From Blastocystis sp. subtype 4 (taxonomy: Eukaryota), in assembly GCF_000743755.1 (NCBI RefSeq), contig NW_014569533.1, positions 1-64,000 on the forward strand: a stretch of DNA of 64,000 nt. The letters run 5' to 3'. A model generated the notes under the pieces. The model worked only from the letters and a program-made list of their open reading frames with translations. It had not been told where the DNA came from and did no database searches. Shown in pieces: positions 21,629 through 36,422 of this stretch (positions within the stretch are counted from its first letter, which is position 1; every line of letters begins with the position of its first letter). The translations under genes and the position numbers were made by a program.

Positions 21629-23575
21629 CTAATACGTCTCTTGACCCGAGTCTAATACTCATTACCCCATTTCCACATCCCTACCAGAATTGTTAAAATC
21701 ATCCACAAAGTGGTTGTCATCATAATCGAAAAGTGACTCCTGTGTGTGTGTATAAGTCTTACGATGTTTCCTAGAGCTCGTCTTTGCTGCCTTACACTCC
21801 TTAATATATCGTTCCATTTGTCTCAGTATCTCATTTGGTAACAGATTGAAATCCAATTCAATCGCTTCCTGGTGATTCTGATCCTCAGGAATACTCTCAC
21901 GAACTATTGCCAATAAACCGGCTACATCTGTTTCATTCAACTGACTCACTTGAACAGAAAGAGCCTTCTTTTCCTCGACCGTCATCGGCCTTGCATCAAT
22001 CTCATCCTTCTCTCCATTCTTTCTTGCATTTATCTCTCGTTCCATTCGAGTGATTGTTCCCTGCAGACTCTGAATCATTGCTTCCATCTCCTGCATCTCT
22101 TGTAACCGCCTTGCACGTTGTGTCATTGGATGAGTTTTCGGTGCAACGACACGAACTTCCTTACTGGCTGGTTCATCCACAATCAGTCCTCGACGTCGCG
22201 TACTCTGTATATATGAAGGGTGGGAAGGTTCAGGACCAGCTGCAAAGAGACGACCAGTGATTTGTAGTAACTCCTTCTCGAATTCTTCACTCAGTGTTCG
22301 AGCCATAATCCCTCTATCTCTCATATAACATAGTCATTCCTCACACGTCCGATTCAGGTTTGTTATACAGACAAGCATTACTGAAGACAAGTCGCATCAA
22401 CACAGCAAATTCCTCTTTGGTTGTTATCATTTGCGTCTCAATACGACGTTGAATCGTACTCAAATCCATTGGCTCTTTCACCACATCAGGATAATCAGGA
22501 ATGTTCAGAGCCACAGGATCTACTGGTTGTAAGAATGGACCTGACCATTTGTGGCCCATAATGTGACGAAGACATTTATAACACAGATTCATCTCACGTG
22601 ATAAACCACGAGGTGTTAATGAACTATGTCGTAGATACGTTGTCTACATTAGAAATAAACACTCATTCATACCTGGGGTACTACTGGTGGGATACGAGAA
22701 TGTGAAGATTGTGAATACAAATGTTCTGTTGCGGGCCGTGAACGAGGTTTTGGCTTCGGCTTGGGTTTTGGCTTGGCTTTCTTTCCTGTTCCCAGAGGAA
22801 GATAAGTTTTATCACAAACCATTGTTGATGTAATTGGGTTATAGGTACCATTAAGTGAAAAGGGTCCCAATTTATTCTGACCACGACCTTCAACCAAATA
22901 TATACTATCCTGCTTTGTGAACTTCAATGACAAGCCATTATCCGTAATACGTTTTGGAGGCACCACTTTCATCCAGAAATAGCCATTATAATTCCCATTC
23001 TGAGGACCTTCTGCAGCTGTATCGCCTAACTTCATTTGGTAGCGGAAATCACTTGTGACTCCATGTACCTCTCCATTCATTCCCATGCCCCACTATAATG
23101 AGAAAATATTATCCAGTAGCTTACAAGTCCAGACCACACGCACATATTGCCATCATTAACATAATGACCTTTCAAGATTGGATATGGTTTCTTTGTACTG
23201 ACTATGATTGATTAAAAGGAATCTAAATCAATACATTTCACTGATGTACGAAAACCAGTTCCTTGCTTCTTCTTCATGGTTGCTGGTTTCTTCTCTTCTA
23301 GATCTTTTGGTTCTGTTGTTTCTTCCACTTTCGAAGGATCTTGCTCTTCTTCCTGTTCATCGTTTTCCTGTTCAATTGTATTTCCTACGTTCGATGATGT
23401 AGTTCCATTCTTACCATCCACATTCTCACTAGACTGTAGAGTAGCAGAATCATTGCTGTTTTCTTCATTCAACTCTTCTTCCATTTCCTGCTTCACCTGT
23501 TCTCTACGAATCATCAAGATCTTGATACGGATACGTTGACAAAGGAGGAGTGGTGACTTCTTTTGTTTCATCCAT
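21629..23575 (-). CDS. BET-like protein: acidic N-terminus, unnamed beta-rich domain, single bromodomain, ET domain
   Basis: Bromodomain 'WSGPFLQPVDPVALNIPDYPDVVKEPMDLSTI'; ET 'PMTVEEKKALS...IELDFNLL'. Start ATG 23575; a final 33-nt intron gives ...DSGQETY*. Confidence 0.88.
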
Positions 23576-23788
23576 GATTTAGCAATTTCAAGAGCAAGAT
23601 GAACTCAGTATTCGTTGAATTCAAAAGGTTGGGCTCGTTTGAATTCAAATTATAAGAACCACGAAACGTCACGGATGAAACGCCTTTGTTGAAACTTCCA
23701 GCAGTTTCGACTGTGTTAACCAAACGACCTTATACAACTTTGAACAATCAACAAATGCAAAAGAGAATCCAAACAAACATTTATACTC

Positions 23789-26700
23789 TTAAGAAGACAA
23801 ACGATTGATATACTCCTGTACCCTTTCCTCCACATTCTTAACAGACTCGTCATCGCCATGCGCATCCTCAAAAGCTAACCACTTCTTAAAGATGCCCTTA
23901 ATCTTGTTCACACCTACTTTCACTTCTACCATTCTCTTAAATAGTGAACGAACAAAATCAAAATGCTGGAGTTTCGTCTCTTGGTCCACATACACATTCC
24001 ACAAATCCAAGCGTTTCGGCAATTTGCTCAGCAAATCCTCAAAGATTGTTCGTCCTTGATCAAACTGATTATACTTGTACAGTAAGATTGCATAACTTGT
24101 CAACATGTGCGTCTTTTCGTTCTTAGGCAACGAAGCCAATGCACGCTTCAGAATCTCACCACTTTGATTGAAATCTCCCTGTTTGAAATAGAAGGAACAC
24201 CAACCATTCCATACTGTCACATCATCCTTGTAATCTTTTGCCAACTGCTTCCACACGTTATATGCATTGGAATACTGTTTCTTTGTTTCATAGATTCCAG
24301 CCAGATGTAGTCCAGCAGTTTTGTCATCCATCTTCTGACGTGCCTCCTTAAATAGTGTCTCCAATGAATCCTCATCACCATACTCTGCTTCCAGATTCAT
24401 CAGAGCCAGCCACAAATTGGAACGCTCTTCTTCGAGATGCACGGGGATTGTCTTCAATCCGCGGCGAAGTACAGCTCTTGCCTTTGCTACCTCTGTGAGA
24501 GAGAGAAGCCAGGAGGCATACTGAAGCCAAAGATGCGAGGAGAAGGGATTGGCAACCATCAGTCGCTCGAAGTCAGCTTCTGAGGCAGGCGTAGAGTCTT
24601 GTGCAGCTAGAGACTGTTCTAACGAAGCCACATCCTGCTCAGACAACTTCTTTGGCTTGGACTTCTCTACAGGTTCAGCGATAGTAACCGAAGATTCTGT
24701 TGTGGCACCCAGACCTTCCCAACTGAACCCACCAACTGGCGCAGATTCAGCATCACTCTCACTTTCACTATCGCTCTCAATCATTTGATCATCATCACTA
24801 TCACTCTCTTGTTCCAGTGCACGAGGAATCTCGTCATCACTCTCCATCACTTCCACCACCTGTGTCTCTTCCTCCTCTGGGAGATCTGAAGGTTTCAATG
24901 AAAGTCTTAGTTGGCGCTTTGACTTATCAAACTCCAGAATCCGAGCCTTCACAGCATCACCCACAGCATACAGTTTCTCTACATCAGGAGAGGGAGTATC
25001 CGCACAGTTCTCACGGAACACAATGCCAATAATGTTTGTATAGTCGAGACGGACAAAAACAGAATTCTCACGAACTCTAGTAACAACGCCTTTCACAATG
25101 AGTCCTTCCTTAAAATCACTCCATGTCAGAGCTTTCTCTCCTGCAATATCTGACTTCTACAAGTGAATCCATTCTTACAAACCTACTCGGAGTGAAAGAA
25201 TGAATTGTTGAGTATCCTTGTTGAATTCTACGATGCGTCCAGTGACCAGCAGACCCAGAGGGAAGTGTTTCTTCAAATTACCTAGATATCGATCATCTGC
25301 CAGTTTCTGAGGAACGAAGGCCACTGTCTTATAGTTGAGACTAACAATCATTAGACCCCTTCATCAGTACCGCACTTGGACTCCCTTCATTCCTGAGTTC
25401 ACTACAAACCCACACACAGACTGATTCTCTTGGAATGAAGTTTGCTGTTGAGCAAGGACATCTGAGCGCAGTGTGACTGCTGTCACTTCCTTCTTGAAAA
25501 ACAGTGTTGTTCCCAAGACAGTTACTGTCCTTCTCTCTCGATTCGCCAAGGCTTGAAGAGGATTCTTTTCCCATGATTTCACCTCTGTGACATCGGTACA
25601 GAAGAGGAAGGCTTCACGATGACCAGGCAATTGGACTGTTGCTATCTCCTCACTGAGTGACGATTGAGCTGGCTTGCGAATGATGATTCCGTCAACAGAA
25701 GAACCTGGTTCCAAATCCTCCAAACAACGAGGATGCATTGACAAACCTAGCTTATAGCCCTGACACACAACACAGCACACAGTTGCTTCAATCTTGGTTC
25801 CTGGAATGAAATCAGCACTGTTATAACTGGTTAAACTCGAGTCATAATCAAGAGGCAGAATCTCTCCTTCAACTCCTGTTGCCAGACTCACTGACATGGA
25901 ATCTGTTGTTACTTCATCAATCAAACAAGATACTTTCGTTCCCACGGGGAAATCACTGATTTGCTTACGAGGTACCCATTTTCCCTAGAATCAATCCCAT
26001 CGTCCAACAATACTTCAGGCAAAGCCAAATCATCTTCATTCATTGATAAGTACAACAAGAAGAGAGGTTCAGATGTAGCTCGTTCTGTTTGAATTACAGC
26101 AATGATCCTACCAATTATAAGTGTGTTCAAAGCATACTTAGCAACAAGTGATTCTCCTTCTTTGACATCTCGTTCATTCATATCCATGCGTTGAATGTAA
26201 GCATGGTAATACCCTGACACTTGGACTCCCAGAAGTGTTACCTGAGCTCGAGTTCCAAATAACCTTGTTACACGTACTCGGAACACACTTCCTCTGAGAC
26301 TATTATTCAACTGAACATCAGTGCGTTGAGGGATTGCATCACGTGATACTGCCTCGTTATAAAGACGACCAGCTCGAACTGATCCAAAAAAGGCTCGAAT
26401 TCTGTCAGCGTCATCTTCAGACAGTTTCTCTCTGAAGGCATCTCGAGCTTGAACAACCAATTCTCCAAACCCAAGATCAGTTACGACCATACAGGCAACA
26501 GAAGTACCAGGTTCCAAATCAGGAGTTGGATCCTTGACGGTATTATAGGAAGCAGCTGATACAACCAACAGATCATTGTTATGACTGGGCATAGATGCAA
26601 TGAAATAATCATCCTTCTTAAGAAGAATTATAGTCTCAACCTTCTGTCCATGTGAAATACCCAAATCACAATCACTCATCTTACGACTACGTTGTCTCAC

Positions 26701-29700
26701 TTCTTCTTGTGTGATAGAATGATACTTGGGATTCAATGTGACATCGTACAATTCGAGAGATGGATTCACATCGAGAATACGAGCAGTCACTTTCACACCT
26801 TCTTCTAATGTTACTCCTTCTGTGTGCAGAGGAGACTGAGCAAACCCAAGACAACCATTCTCAAGTTCAACAATCACTCCATAAGGACGAAGAGAATGAA
26901 TGGTTGCTGAATGCATAGAGCCCAGAGGACATGTCTTCCAATTGAATGGAGTTGATTCTTCTTCCATTTGGTCATCACTGCTACTCTCCTTCTCTTCCTT
27001 CCTGTCATCTTCACTCTCTTCTTTCTCTTCACTCTCTTCATTCTCGTCTTTCTCTTCACTCTCTTCATTCTCACTCACTTCACTCTCTTCTCCCTTCTCT
27101 TCCTCACTTTCTTCTTCCATCTCATTACTCTCTTCCTCTTCATAGAATCCACTCTCCAAGAGTCGGAATCGCTCTTCCTGATAGGTTGCAATGAACATAG
27201 CCTGAATATCATCACTTACAACACATTTCAAGGATCCACACACTTTCTGTTGACTGCCCATTTCCACACGAACACACACACTCTGACCAACACTCACAAC
27301 CTCATTAGCATTTTCAATTCGCCTAAGAGATAACTTGCTACGAGGAATAATCAATCGTTGGGATCCCAAAAATCGTACAAAGGCAGCATTCGGTGAAACG
27401 GACGCAACATATCCGAAATAAATTTGATCTTGTTGTAATGATGTCAGTGAACGAGGCATCTCATTTACCTTCATTGTAGCCAAGAGTAATGACTGAGTAG
27501 TTGCTAGCCATAGTGGCATGCCATCTAACAGTGAATCATTCTCATTCATTTCTACTATAGGAAGCTCGAGGAATGCTATTCAATATGCCCACTTCATTCA
27601 CACGAATACCTTCCGTGAACAAGCGATACAAACGATCATTCAATTCAGGATGATCACTGATCTGAGGAATTGGAAGGAAAGCATACAAATCATTCTCCAT
27701 ATGAAGAATCACGCCCTTCTCTTCTTTCTCTTTCTCATAAACACATACAGAATACTCTGTTTTAACAACAACTCCACTACCAACACTTCCCTACGTATCA
27801 TCTCTCAATCTCATTCCTACAATCAGCTTCTCAATTGAATCATCACCATCAACAGGAACAATGATCACTCGATTCTTCATTCGATCCACACCTTTCACTC
27901 GCACATGAGCAATTCGACCCTTCTTGTAGATCTCCTCAGCACGAAGGTTACGTCGTTGCAACTCATTCGTCGGAATAAATCCACAAATACCATTGAAGAA
28001 GTGAATCATCACACCTCCTGGCATGATCTCTGAGACTGTTCCTACATACTCCGCATCAGTCTCAGCCTTCTCAATATCTGTGAGAATTGGAGTCTCCTCA
28101 CGTAACAGTGTTCGTTTGGCCGTACAGATTAACGAGTGTTGTTCTCGGCTTATTCGAAGGATTCGAACATGGACTCGCTTGCCAACAGGATAAAGTTTCT
28201 TTGGATCAGACACGGAGCCTAACTCGTTCATATGTTCAGGATAGATCACACCACGAATCTAATGATCAGAAGCCTCCATTAACCAAACATGTGTTCCAAT
28301 AGTCAGAATTACACTATTCTCTGATGCACTCACAACAGTAGCTTCAACAATCTGTCCTGGTTTTGCGTCATCCAAAGCCACCACATCACTCTTCAAAATA
28401 GATTCTGATGTGCCAGCCTAATCATCATTTAGTCACAATAGCCTTACAAGAACCAAATCGTCCACAAGGTCATAACCAATCACTCGATACTTCACAGACT
28501 GACCTACTGTATAGACTCCTTCAGGGGTTGTGATGAATCGATCAGTCAGACGGACCATTGGCACGTAAATATTAGGATTCACAAGAATACCCATGAAATT
28601 GTCCACAGAACTAACGACACCAGTCTCGACAGAACCTAGAGACACTGCTGGAGGCGAATAGAACAGATTCTCGACAGAACGTGTGGCACTTAGTAGGATT
28701 TGATGTGTGCTTGGACACACACAAATCACTCGAGTCTTCAACTTCATTCCCACACGCAACGTAGCCATCTCTTCAACCTATTCTTCATTCTTCCAATTCA
28801 TTCTTACTCGTTCCTTCAAATGATAATAGTAGATCTCTCCAATCAGACCATTCATACTCAAACGTGCCCCATTTTTCAATACCTCTGTTACTACTCCTTT
28901 TACCATATAACCAGGTTTCAATGCAGAAATAGGGGAATTTTCTGTCACTACAATTCAATCCATTATTTCATTTCTACACTTCACAGGCTTCTGTCCTTTA
29001 TGACCAGAAGTTTCTTCTAAATGGACCACACGATCAATACTACTCACTGCAAACAGATGTACACATCCCATAGCAACTATTTCGTTATCAAGTTTCCCTG
29101 TTTCTACGATTCGTGGTGGTTGGATCACATTTGTAGAATCCATGTAACTCTGAGAATCCAAGATTCACAGTATATCCATAGTCTTCCTTCTGTGAGATCT
29201 CTCCTTGAACAATCCCATTCACAAGCAATGCTTTTTGATCACTTCCACTTCCGAAGCTAGCATTCAGAAGTGAAGGACGCATCGTCAGGTCAATCACTTT
29301 CACATTCCCTCTCTATGCTCGAGATTAGAATGAATACGTACTGTTTGAAGCTCCCGAACCATCACTACGACACGCATATTCACTTGATACAACAAGGTTA
29401 GATCGACTTCTTCCAACGTCTTTGATCCTTCTTCTGTGTCTGCCAGAGAATGGAACAGATCACTCGTTTCGGTTAATTGGACAAGTCTGTTCATTAACAC
29501 CAATATATCTCATCTACCCAGATAAATTGAACGGCAAACCAATCATTAGATGTCGCTTCATAACTTCTTTCACATAACCAAGCAACATCATTCCTGGCTA
29601 CATGTCATATTTCACCATTGTAAATACTTTCATTCGACTAAATGACAAAGCAGTAAAGTAGTTGGAACGGTTTTTCGTGGACTTCATAACATCATTCTCC

Positions 29701-30072
29701 TCTACAGTCAAGACCGATACAGTTCACATACTAATCTTCGATTTCAAGTTAAATTTCTCTTCCCGCTTTTCAGCAACACTCTTGGACTTTGTCGGAGTTG
29801 ATTCCTTATCCTGGGGTTTGAATAAGAAGTCCTTCCACTAATTCAGTTCATCTACTTCTTACATTGCTGTTTGCCACTTTAGACCTCTTCTTAGACATCT
29901 CAAACATCTCCTTTCCTCCACGCTGGAAACGAACCTATTTCAATCACTCCAATTGACCTAAGTCCCACAGGTTCCGTTGGTTTGGAACGTTTCTCTCCCT
30001 TCTTACTGGTCTTTTCCTACATCGCTCAACTTCCATCCTAAACGTTCCTACGTCAATCTTTGGATCTGGCAT
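23789..30072 (-). CDS. RRP5: rRNA biogenesis protein RRP5 (multiple S1 domains plus C-terminal HAT/TPR repeats)
   Basis: N-terminal FQRGG; S1 repeats; 'DFERLMVANPFSSHLWLQY' and 'GRTIFEDLLSKLPKRLDLWNVYVDQE'. Confidence 0.92.
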
Positions 30073-30204
30073 CCTTTAACTAAACAAAATCAAACGATTC
30101 AGAGGATTTCGAAAAACCAATTTGTCCCAACAAACAAACAAAACATAACTGAAAAGTGACCAGTCAGACTGGCAACTGCATAAAAAATCATCACAACTTA
30201 CTAT

Positions 30205-31996
30205 TTATAGCATACCTTGCTGCTCCATAATCTCAATATTTGGAGCCAAGAAGGGAGAACTCAGTCCCGTTTCCATCTGACTAATTCTTCTCTGTAGTGA
30301 CATTCCCGCCTCATCTACCTTCTTTACATCATCATTAAAGGAACTAGGATTAATCTCCCCTTTCGCACCTACTGAACCAGATCCTGTGAAGTGGGATTCG
30401 ACTGTTGTGTCTAACCGTAATCTGATTCCATCAACCTTACAGGAGCAGAGTAGTACATAGTGGAAGGATCAGGTACCACCACCTCAGAACTAACAGGCTT
30501 ACTATACAGCTCCAATGGAGTGGGTTTGGATGTGTCTAATACTAGCATGTCACCGTTGCTAGGGAGTTGACTGCTTGTTGACATTCCCTCCTCTATCATT
30601 CAATCCTTCTCCTGTTCTCTCCTACCTCGCATATACGGCTCACCCAGATCCAGTGGAGGAATAGGTGAAGAAGGAGCTTGCTGATCTGTCTGTTGAGGCA
30701 TAGAAGGTGGATTGAGATCAAGCGAGGCTGTGGAGCTGGTAATATCGACACCATGCATGTCATCCATCTCAGGTAGGCCATTCGGACCTAGCGAAGGTGA
30801 AATTCCAGGGAACATCAATGAAGGTTTCTAAAGAGTGAGAGATGAAATATGCAAAGTACACTCTGAAGAGAGTTCTGCGATCCATTGGTGATCATACGTT
30901 GGGAATAAGGACGACGAGAGTCATCCAATGGAGAACGAAGAGGCATCGTACGAGGAGAATCGAGACGAGGAACAGAGTTCATTTGCAGGAAACTATGATA
31001 AAGGGTCAAGTGTTTCTTCTACTCTAATGTACCATTGTACTGATCAGGAGTCATCAATCCATCTTCACCAGGATAATTCGAGTAATCGATAGGATCCATG
31101 GTAAGATCCATAGAACGAGGTTTATCTGCCAACAACTAGAGATAAATCTGGACCAGCACAACCACATATGGATTTGCATCTTCATTGTCACGAATTCGTG
31201 TTCCAGGATATACTTTGTACAGAAAACGACAGATACGCTCCATTTGTTGCTTCAATGCATCTTGTTGTTTCTTCGATTTCATAAATGTCTGCCACAGCAA
31301 CCGATTCTCTTGTAAAACATTTGTATACTTTGCTTCCATCTCTGCTGTTTGCTGTTTGAGAAGCGTCAACTCCCGAAGCATAGCATCCCTGTCAATTTTG
31401 TTCTTTTTTACGTTCAAAGAAAGGGTTCGTTCAGACAGATCCGAAGCTAGAGTCATTATCCAAAAGTATTCCTACGATGTTCCCGCTTTTCACCTTTCGC
31501 TTTTGAACTTCCGTTCTTTCTCTTGATCAATGGCAAGAGCTCTAAGTGACCTCGCTTAAACAAAGGATGCTTAAACTCCCGCCAGTTTGGATCTTAATGA
31601 CATGTGACAATAACACTTACCTTGCCTTGTTTTATGGAAACCGTACATATTCAACTGTCTTACAAAGGAAGAGAAGTTTCCATGTTTAAAATACAACGGA
31701 AGGACTTTCTTCGAAAAATCGTCCACCTATAATATTATAAACTGAAAAGCTCAAATTCATATACCTTCAAAATGAGGATTGACTCGCCATTCTCGCCCCA
31801 ACATACAATGTCTTTGAAATCATCATTGTGCATGATAGCGTAAGTTTTACTAAGGAATGCGGGGATCACTTGACTCTTCATAACCTCATCATCTTCATCA
31901 AACCCCTCTGCATACTAATCATAATGAAATCGCTTTCTTTCGCAATACTTGAGAATCTGAATCAGTTAGCGCATTATCCTCTTCTGGCTTACTCAT
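30205..31996 (-). CDS. Heat shock transcription factor
   Basis: Spliced HSF DNA-binding domain: [52 protein letters not shown] coiled coil at 31200-31400. The 3' end is approximate. Confidence 0.88.
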
Positions 31997-32096
31997 CTTG
32001 TGTGTGGACCAGTTCAGTAGTTATAGATTATTTGATTATCAACACTCCAATGATTTTCCCTTTTTCTCCAAACAAACAAATTCAAACTAAACGACT

Positions 32097-32757
32097 TTAA
32101 AAGTCAAGCAATGAGGGGAGAGACTTCGCTTTGACCAAACCAGAAATCGTCTTGAAACAAGGATGATTCTTGGAACCGATCATTTGGAACGCAACACTTT
32201 CGGATGTTGTCAGATGAATGCCACTCTGTTGCATCCGATACAGAGCAACCTTGCGATCCACAGGAGAACGACTGCTTACAGCATCCACACAGATGTGAAC
32301 ACTGTATCCAGCTTCCATCAAATCCATACAAGTTTGCATTACACAGACATGAGTCTACAATCAACACTTTCCAGAAAGAATACCTCCAAACCACAAATCA
32401 CAATATTAGTGACGTCAGGAAGATTCGATTTCAGGTACTGCTTCACTTCCTCCGAGTACATCGTGTAGTCCACCTTGGGAAATACAGGGAAAGCTTCTTG
32501 TGTATCTGAAGCTTGAATCAAGGGCTGAAGAACATCCACTACAATTCAATGTCTCCAAATATCCCCAAACCTGTATGTTGAAGCTTCTCTGGGTATTGTT
32601 CTGTGATAACACAAGGTAGGTGAAGAGCACGAGAACACTTCAGCAAGAAACCAGTAGTATTGATTAGCTCCTCAATCCCAAAGATGGCCTTTGTAAAGGC
32701 TCCTTGGACATCACAAACAAAGAGAGCTGTATTAGAAGTCAGAAGTCGGGAAAACAT
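32097..32757 (-). CDS. Isochorismatase-domain protein (ISOC1/2-like)
   Basis: TALFVCDVQ, VITEQYPEKL, ICGLE..VCVMQTCMDL, DAVSSR and TTSESVAFQM motifs. Confidence 0.9.
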
Positions 32758-32851
32758 TCTGATTAAAGAGCAATCGGGTTTGCAATTGCCCTACAAAATA
32801 GCCTTGATTTTAGGTTTGGGATCCCACCAATTCCGAGTTAAAGATTAGAGA

Positions 32852-35800
32852 ATGCCGACGAGTCTGTATGTGGGTGTAAGAAAGGCACGTGGACTGCCTG
32901 CAATCGATCGAAAACGAAAGACTACAGATTGGTTGGATCATCTCCTGTTCCTTACTTGTAGTTTTGTAGAGGTAGTATGGGCAGATGAGCGGTATGTAAC
33001 CACGGTGATTGAGAATAGTTTAAATCCAGAATGGAAAAACGAGACAGTAAGTTGGGATATTCAGGAAGAGTCTCGTTTGCAAGATGATCCGTTGATTTTT
33101 CGAGTCATTTCTAAAATAGGTTGTGATAACTAGGTGATGGATCATGATACATACTCGGCTGGATCTCTAATTGGTACGGTTGTTATCGACTTGAATACCA
33201 TGTTGATGAGAGCTGATTATAACAATACACAAGGCACTTATTTCGATGGATGGATGCCAATTTATGATACAATTGAAGGCATTCGAGGTGAATTGAATGT
33301 AGTTGTGAGTTTTCAGGCGATTGGAGATAAGAATGTATGCCTAGAGTTATCGGTTCAGAAGTAGCAATCAGAAGAGGGTTCACCCGGTATTTTCATTTTT
33401 TCTGGAAGTCTTCCAGATATGCAAGAGTATGTGATGCAAAGCATTCTAGGCTTTGCTGAAGCCCTTGTAGTGGATACAGATCCAGAATTCGAATTTGAAG
33501 AGCGTTTTCGATCTGCTCAAAAGAGTAATGAGAAACGACAGAAACAATTGTACCACTTATCGTATCTCAATTGAAATCCAATCATTAGTAGCATGCAGTT
33601 ACGTCGTCAAGTTGGAAAACAAGCCAAACAACGAGGAGCAAATGCTGTTTTTGGATATCAACAATTTTTTGATATGGAAGGTGATTCAGGTATAGTAGGT
33701 CGTGCATACGGAACAGCATGCATGTCTATCTCTCTCTTTGTCTTTATATGTAGCATTTATCCTCGTGAGAAGAATGATATGTCTGTCCTTCGAATACCTT
33801 CACGGGATGTTCCTTCTCCTCTTACCGATCTTCCAGCCCTGGAGGATCAACCAAAACGAAAGGAGAGTGAAACTCAATCCCGTCGCAAGCGTCCTATCTG
33901 TGAGATTCAGACTCGTGATATCATATGTACAACTGCTGAGAGAGTATGAGGAGATAGATACAAGTGATCGAACCCTCCATAAAGGTTTGGACAAGTAAGT
34001 GATATTGGATTCTTAAGAAATAGTTCTCGTTTGTACGGGCTCTATAATACCGTATCTGATGATCGAAAGAATCCTTCTGATCTTTTGTAACTCCTTTTAT
34101 GACTGTTTAATATAGTCCCTCCTTGAATGCTCAGTCTATTGAGCTCATGACTCTACGTAAACTTCCTGACAGTTTCCGTTATTCGATCAATGGTGTAGTT
34201 GCTTCTCGTGCTGTGAAGTTCATTGGTAAACTTCATAGTACGTTGGTGGATATCGAAACGCGTGATAGCTGGTGGGAAGGATTACGAGATGAAGTACGAG
34301 CAAACACCTTGCGAATTGGAGCTGATCTGGTACTGGGGTATCGAGAGACTTGTTCGATTCATGGTGATATATGTTTGTTAAGTGCGACAGGGACAGCTGT
34401 GAAGTTGGATATGTGATTAGAATCATTGGGAGATCATTCATAGTAAACAGAGAGGAACCAAACATCGTATGGGTCGATGTCCTTGTGAAGCTGTTAGAGT
34501 AAGAGTGAGCTATCATGTGTAGATCCATGTCGATCCTACCAAACACCACACCCTCTTTCGTGATATGACATTAGGACTGTGTCGACGATGCAATCAGAAA
34601 CGAGTTCCTTTTGTAGTATTGAGTACGTCTGAAATCCCTTCAGGACTGGAGACAGTTGGTACTCCTCAGTTCATCCAAGCATGTGTTACAGTAGACAAAT
34701 CAGATCAAGACACCCGAGAGAACGGAGCTAACTCAATTAGTCGTAAGATGCCCTTCATCGAACTAAGACTGTACAATCAGTTGTTGGTGAAGCTCTACAG
34801 CCTTCATTGCAATGCAGTTTTTGGAATCTCAGTTGAAATGGAAATTGGTGGCTCACTCCTTGTGGGAGTCATTACAGGAACTGCTGTATATGTTCCTGGT
34901 CTTCCTGAACCTGGACCAGTTAGTATCAAATCTCCGTTTCCTCCAAGTATGTCCATCTCTCCTGATAACTACAAGCGTGTCACAGTATGAATGAGTGAAT
35001 GAGCTGATCTCTAGCAAGATCTTCTTGATCTTCAGCAGCAGCGTGCACAAATCACACAGCAGATACTAGCCCGTCAGCATGTGAAACAGAAGACACAGAG
35101 GAGGCGTCATAGAGATCGTGGTCTCCAAAAGGCCCAATCAACTATTCTATCAAATGCTCACTCCTATTCTGAAGAGGTCCATATGACAAAGGCAGAAACA
35201 GAATTACGGCGTGATGGAACACTCATTCATTCAATGAGTACAGAACCTGGACCTGTCATACAACATCGAGAATCACGGGAAACAGAAGAATTATCACGAC
35301 TTCAAAGTAGTGTAGACTTGAGTGTCGACATGAGAAGTTTCTCATCCTCAACTTCATCTTCCAGTGAAGGAAGTGAATGTAGTTCTTCTTCGTCTTCTTC
35401 TTCATCCTCTTCATCTTCTTCTGATGACGAGAGTCGAAGTGAGAAGAAGTATGCGTCCAAGTATTCTCTGATTGAGAAAGTGATGAACTAGATACAAGGA
35501 TCATGTTGTACCAACTCTCTGTGAGATTCATCCAGACTATGGAGTGATTGAGCCAGATGACAATTACCAAAACATGTTCGCTACGTATTTCCCATGGATC
35601 TCTGACTCACGTATTGTTTTCCACACTCTTCATACACACAAGAAGAATGTTCCTGTTCGTGATTATCGGCCTGTGATTCTACTAAAACGAGTCCATCTCA
35701 GCTCTTCATCAGCTGCACTCAACAAGCTTCTCATGGATATGTGTTCTCGTCTCTCTTACAAAGTCTCGCGAATGATGCCTTGTTCTCTCACAGGATTAGA

Positions 35801-36359
35801 TGTTCAAGTGCGTCTTCCTGGTGAAGATGTGGTGGAAATCTGTCTCTCTTCGCTAATCTCTTTCAATCCTGAGGAGAATGGTTCGTTGAAGAAGCTGATC
35901 GAAGGATCTGATGTCGTAGATCACTCAGATCCTGTTCATAAGAATGAGAACATAGAACATGTTCTTTCCATGGAAGATTCAATGGATCTACAAGGAATCC
36001 ATCCATCACCTCCTATCATCGAAACAGGCCGAGAGAGATTGTTTGCTCCTTCATATGTTTTCCTCACTCCACTCACTTCTATCACAGGATATCGAGTCAA
36101 GCGATACTGTGGTCTTGTGGTTCTTCATTTTATTCGGGAGACATGGCATTTGGAAGAACAAGCCTCAATGAATAATTACTCACACAAGTTCCTTCTAGAA
36201 GTGCTATCTGTTGCCAAAGCACATGTTCGATGTATTGGAGGAAATGCTTTGTTATCTGTTCGAATTCTACCACAAGAAACTGCCGAGGAAGATGTGAATC
36301 AGGCTTATAGTATGATTACGATTTCAGGTGATGCTGCCTTGATGGAAGAAGATAAATAA
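32852..36359 (+). CDS. C2CD5: C2 domain-containing protein 5-like (C2 plus YbjQ-like repeats)
   Basis: N-terminal C2 (ARGLPAIDR, SLNPEW, MDHDTYSA, GWMPIYDTIEGIRGEL); GANAVFGYQQFFDMEGDSGIVGRAYGTA; ETRDSWWEGLRDEVR. Confidence 0.88.
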
Positions 36360-36422
36360 GGAGAAACATCAAGAATTAGATCATAAAACAGAAGAGAGTG
36401 TTTGTTGAAATAGAAAAAGAAA

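Noticed and set aside
26950..27140. CT-rich simple repeat and overlapping Ser- or Leu/Phe-rich plus-strand ORFs
   Set aside because: This is the Glu-rich linker of RRP5 on the minus strand.
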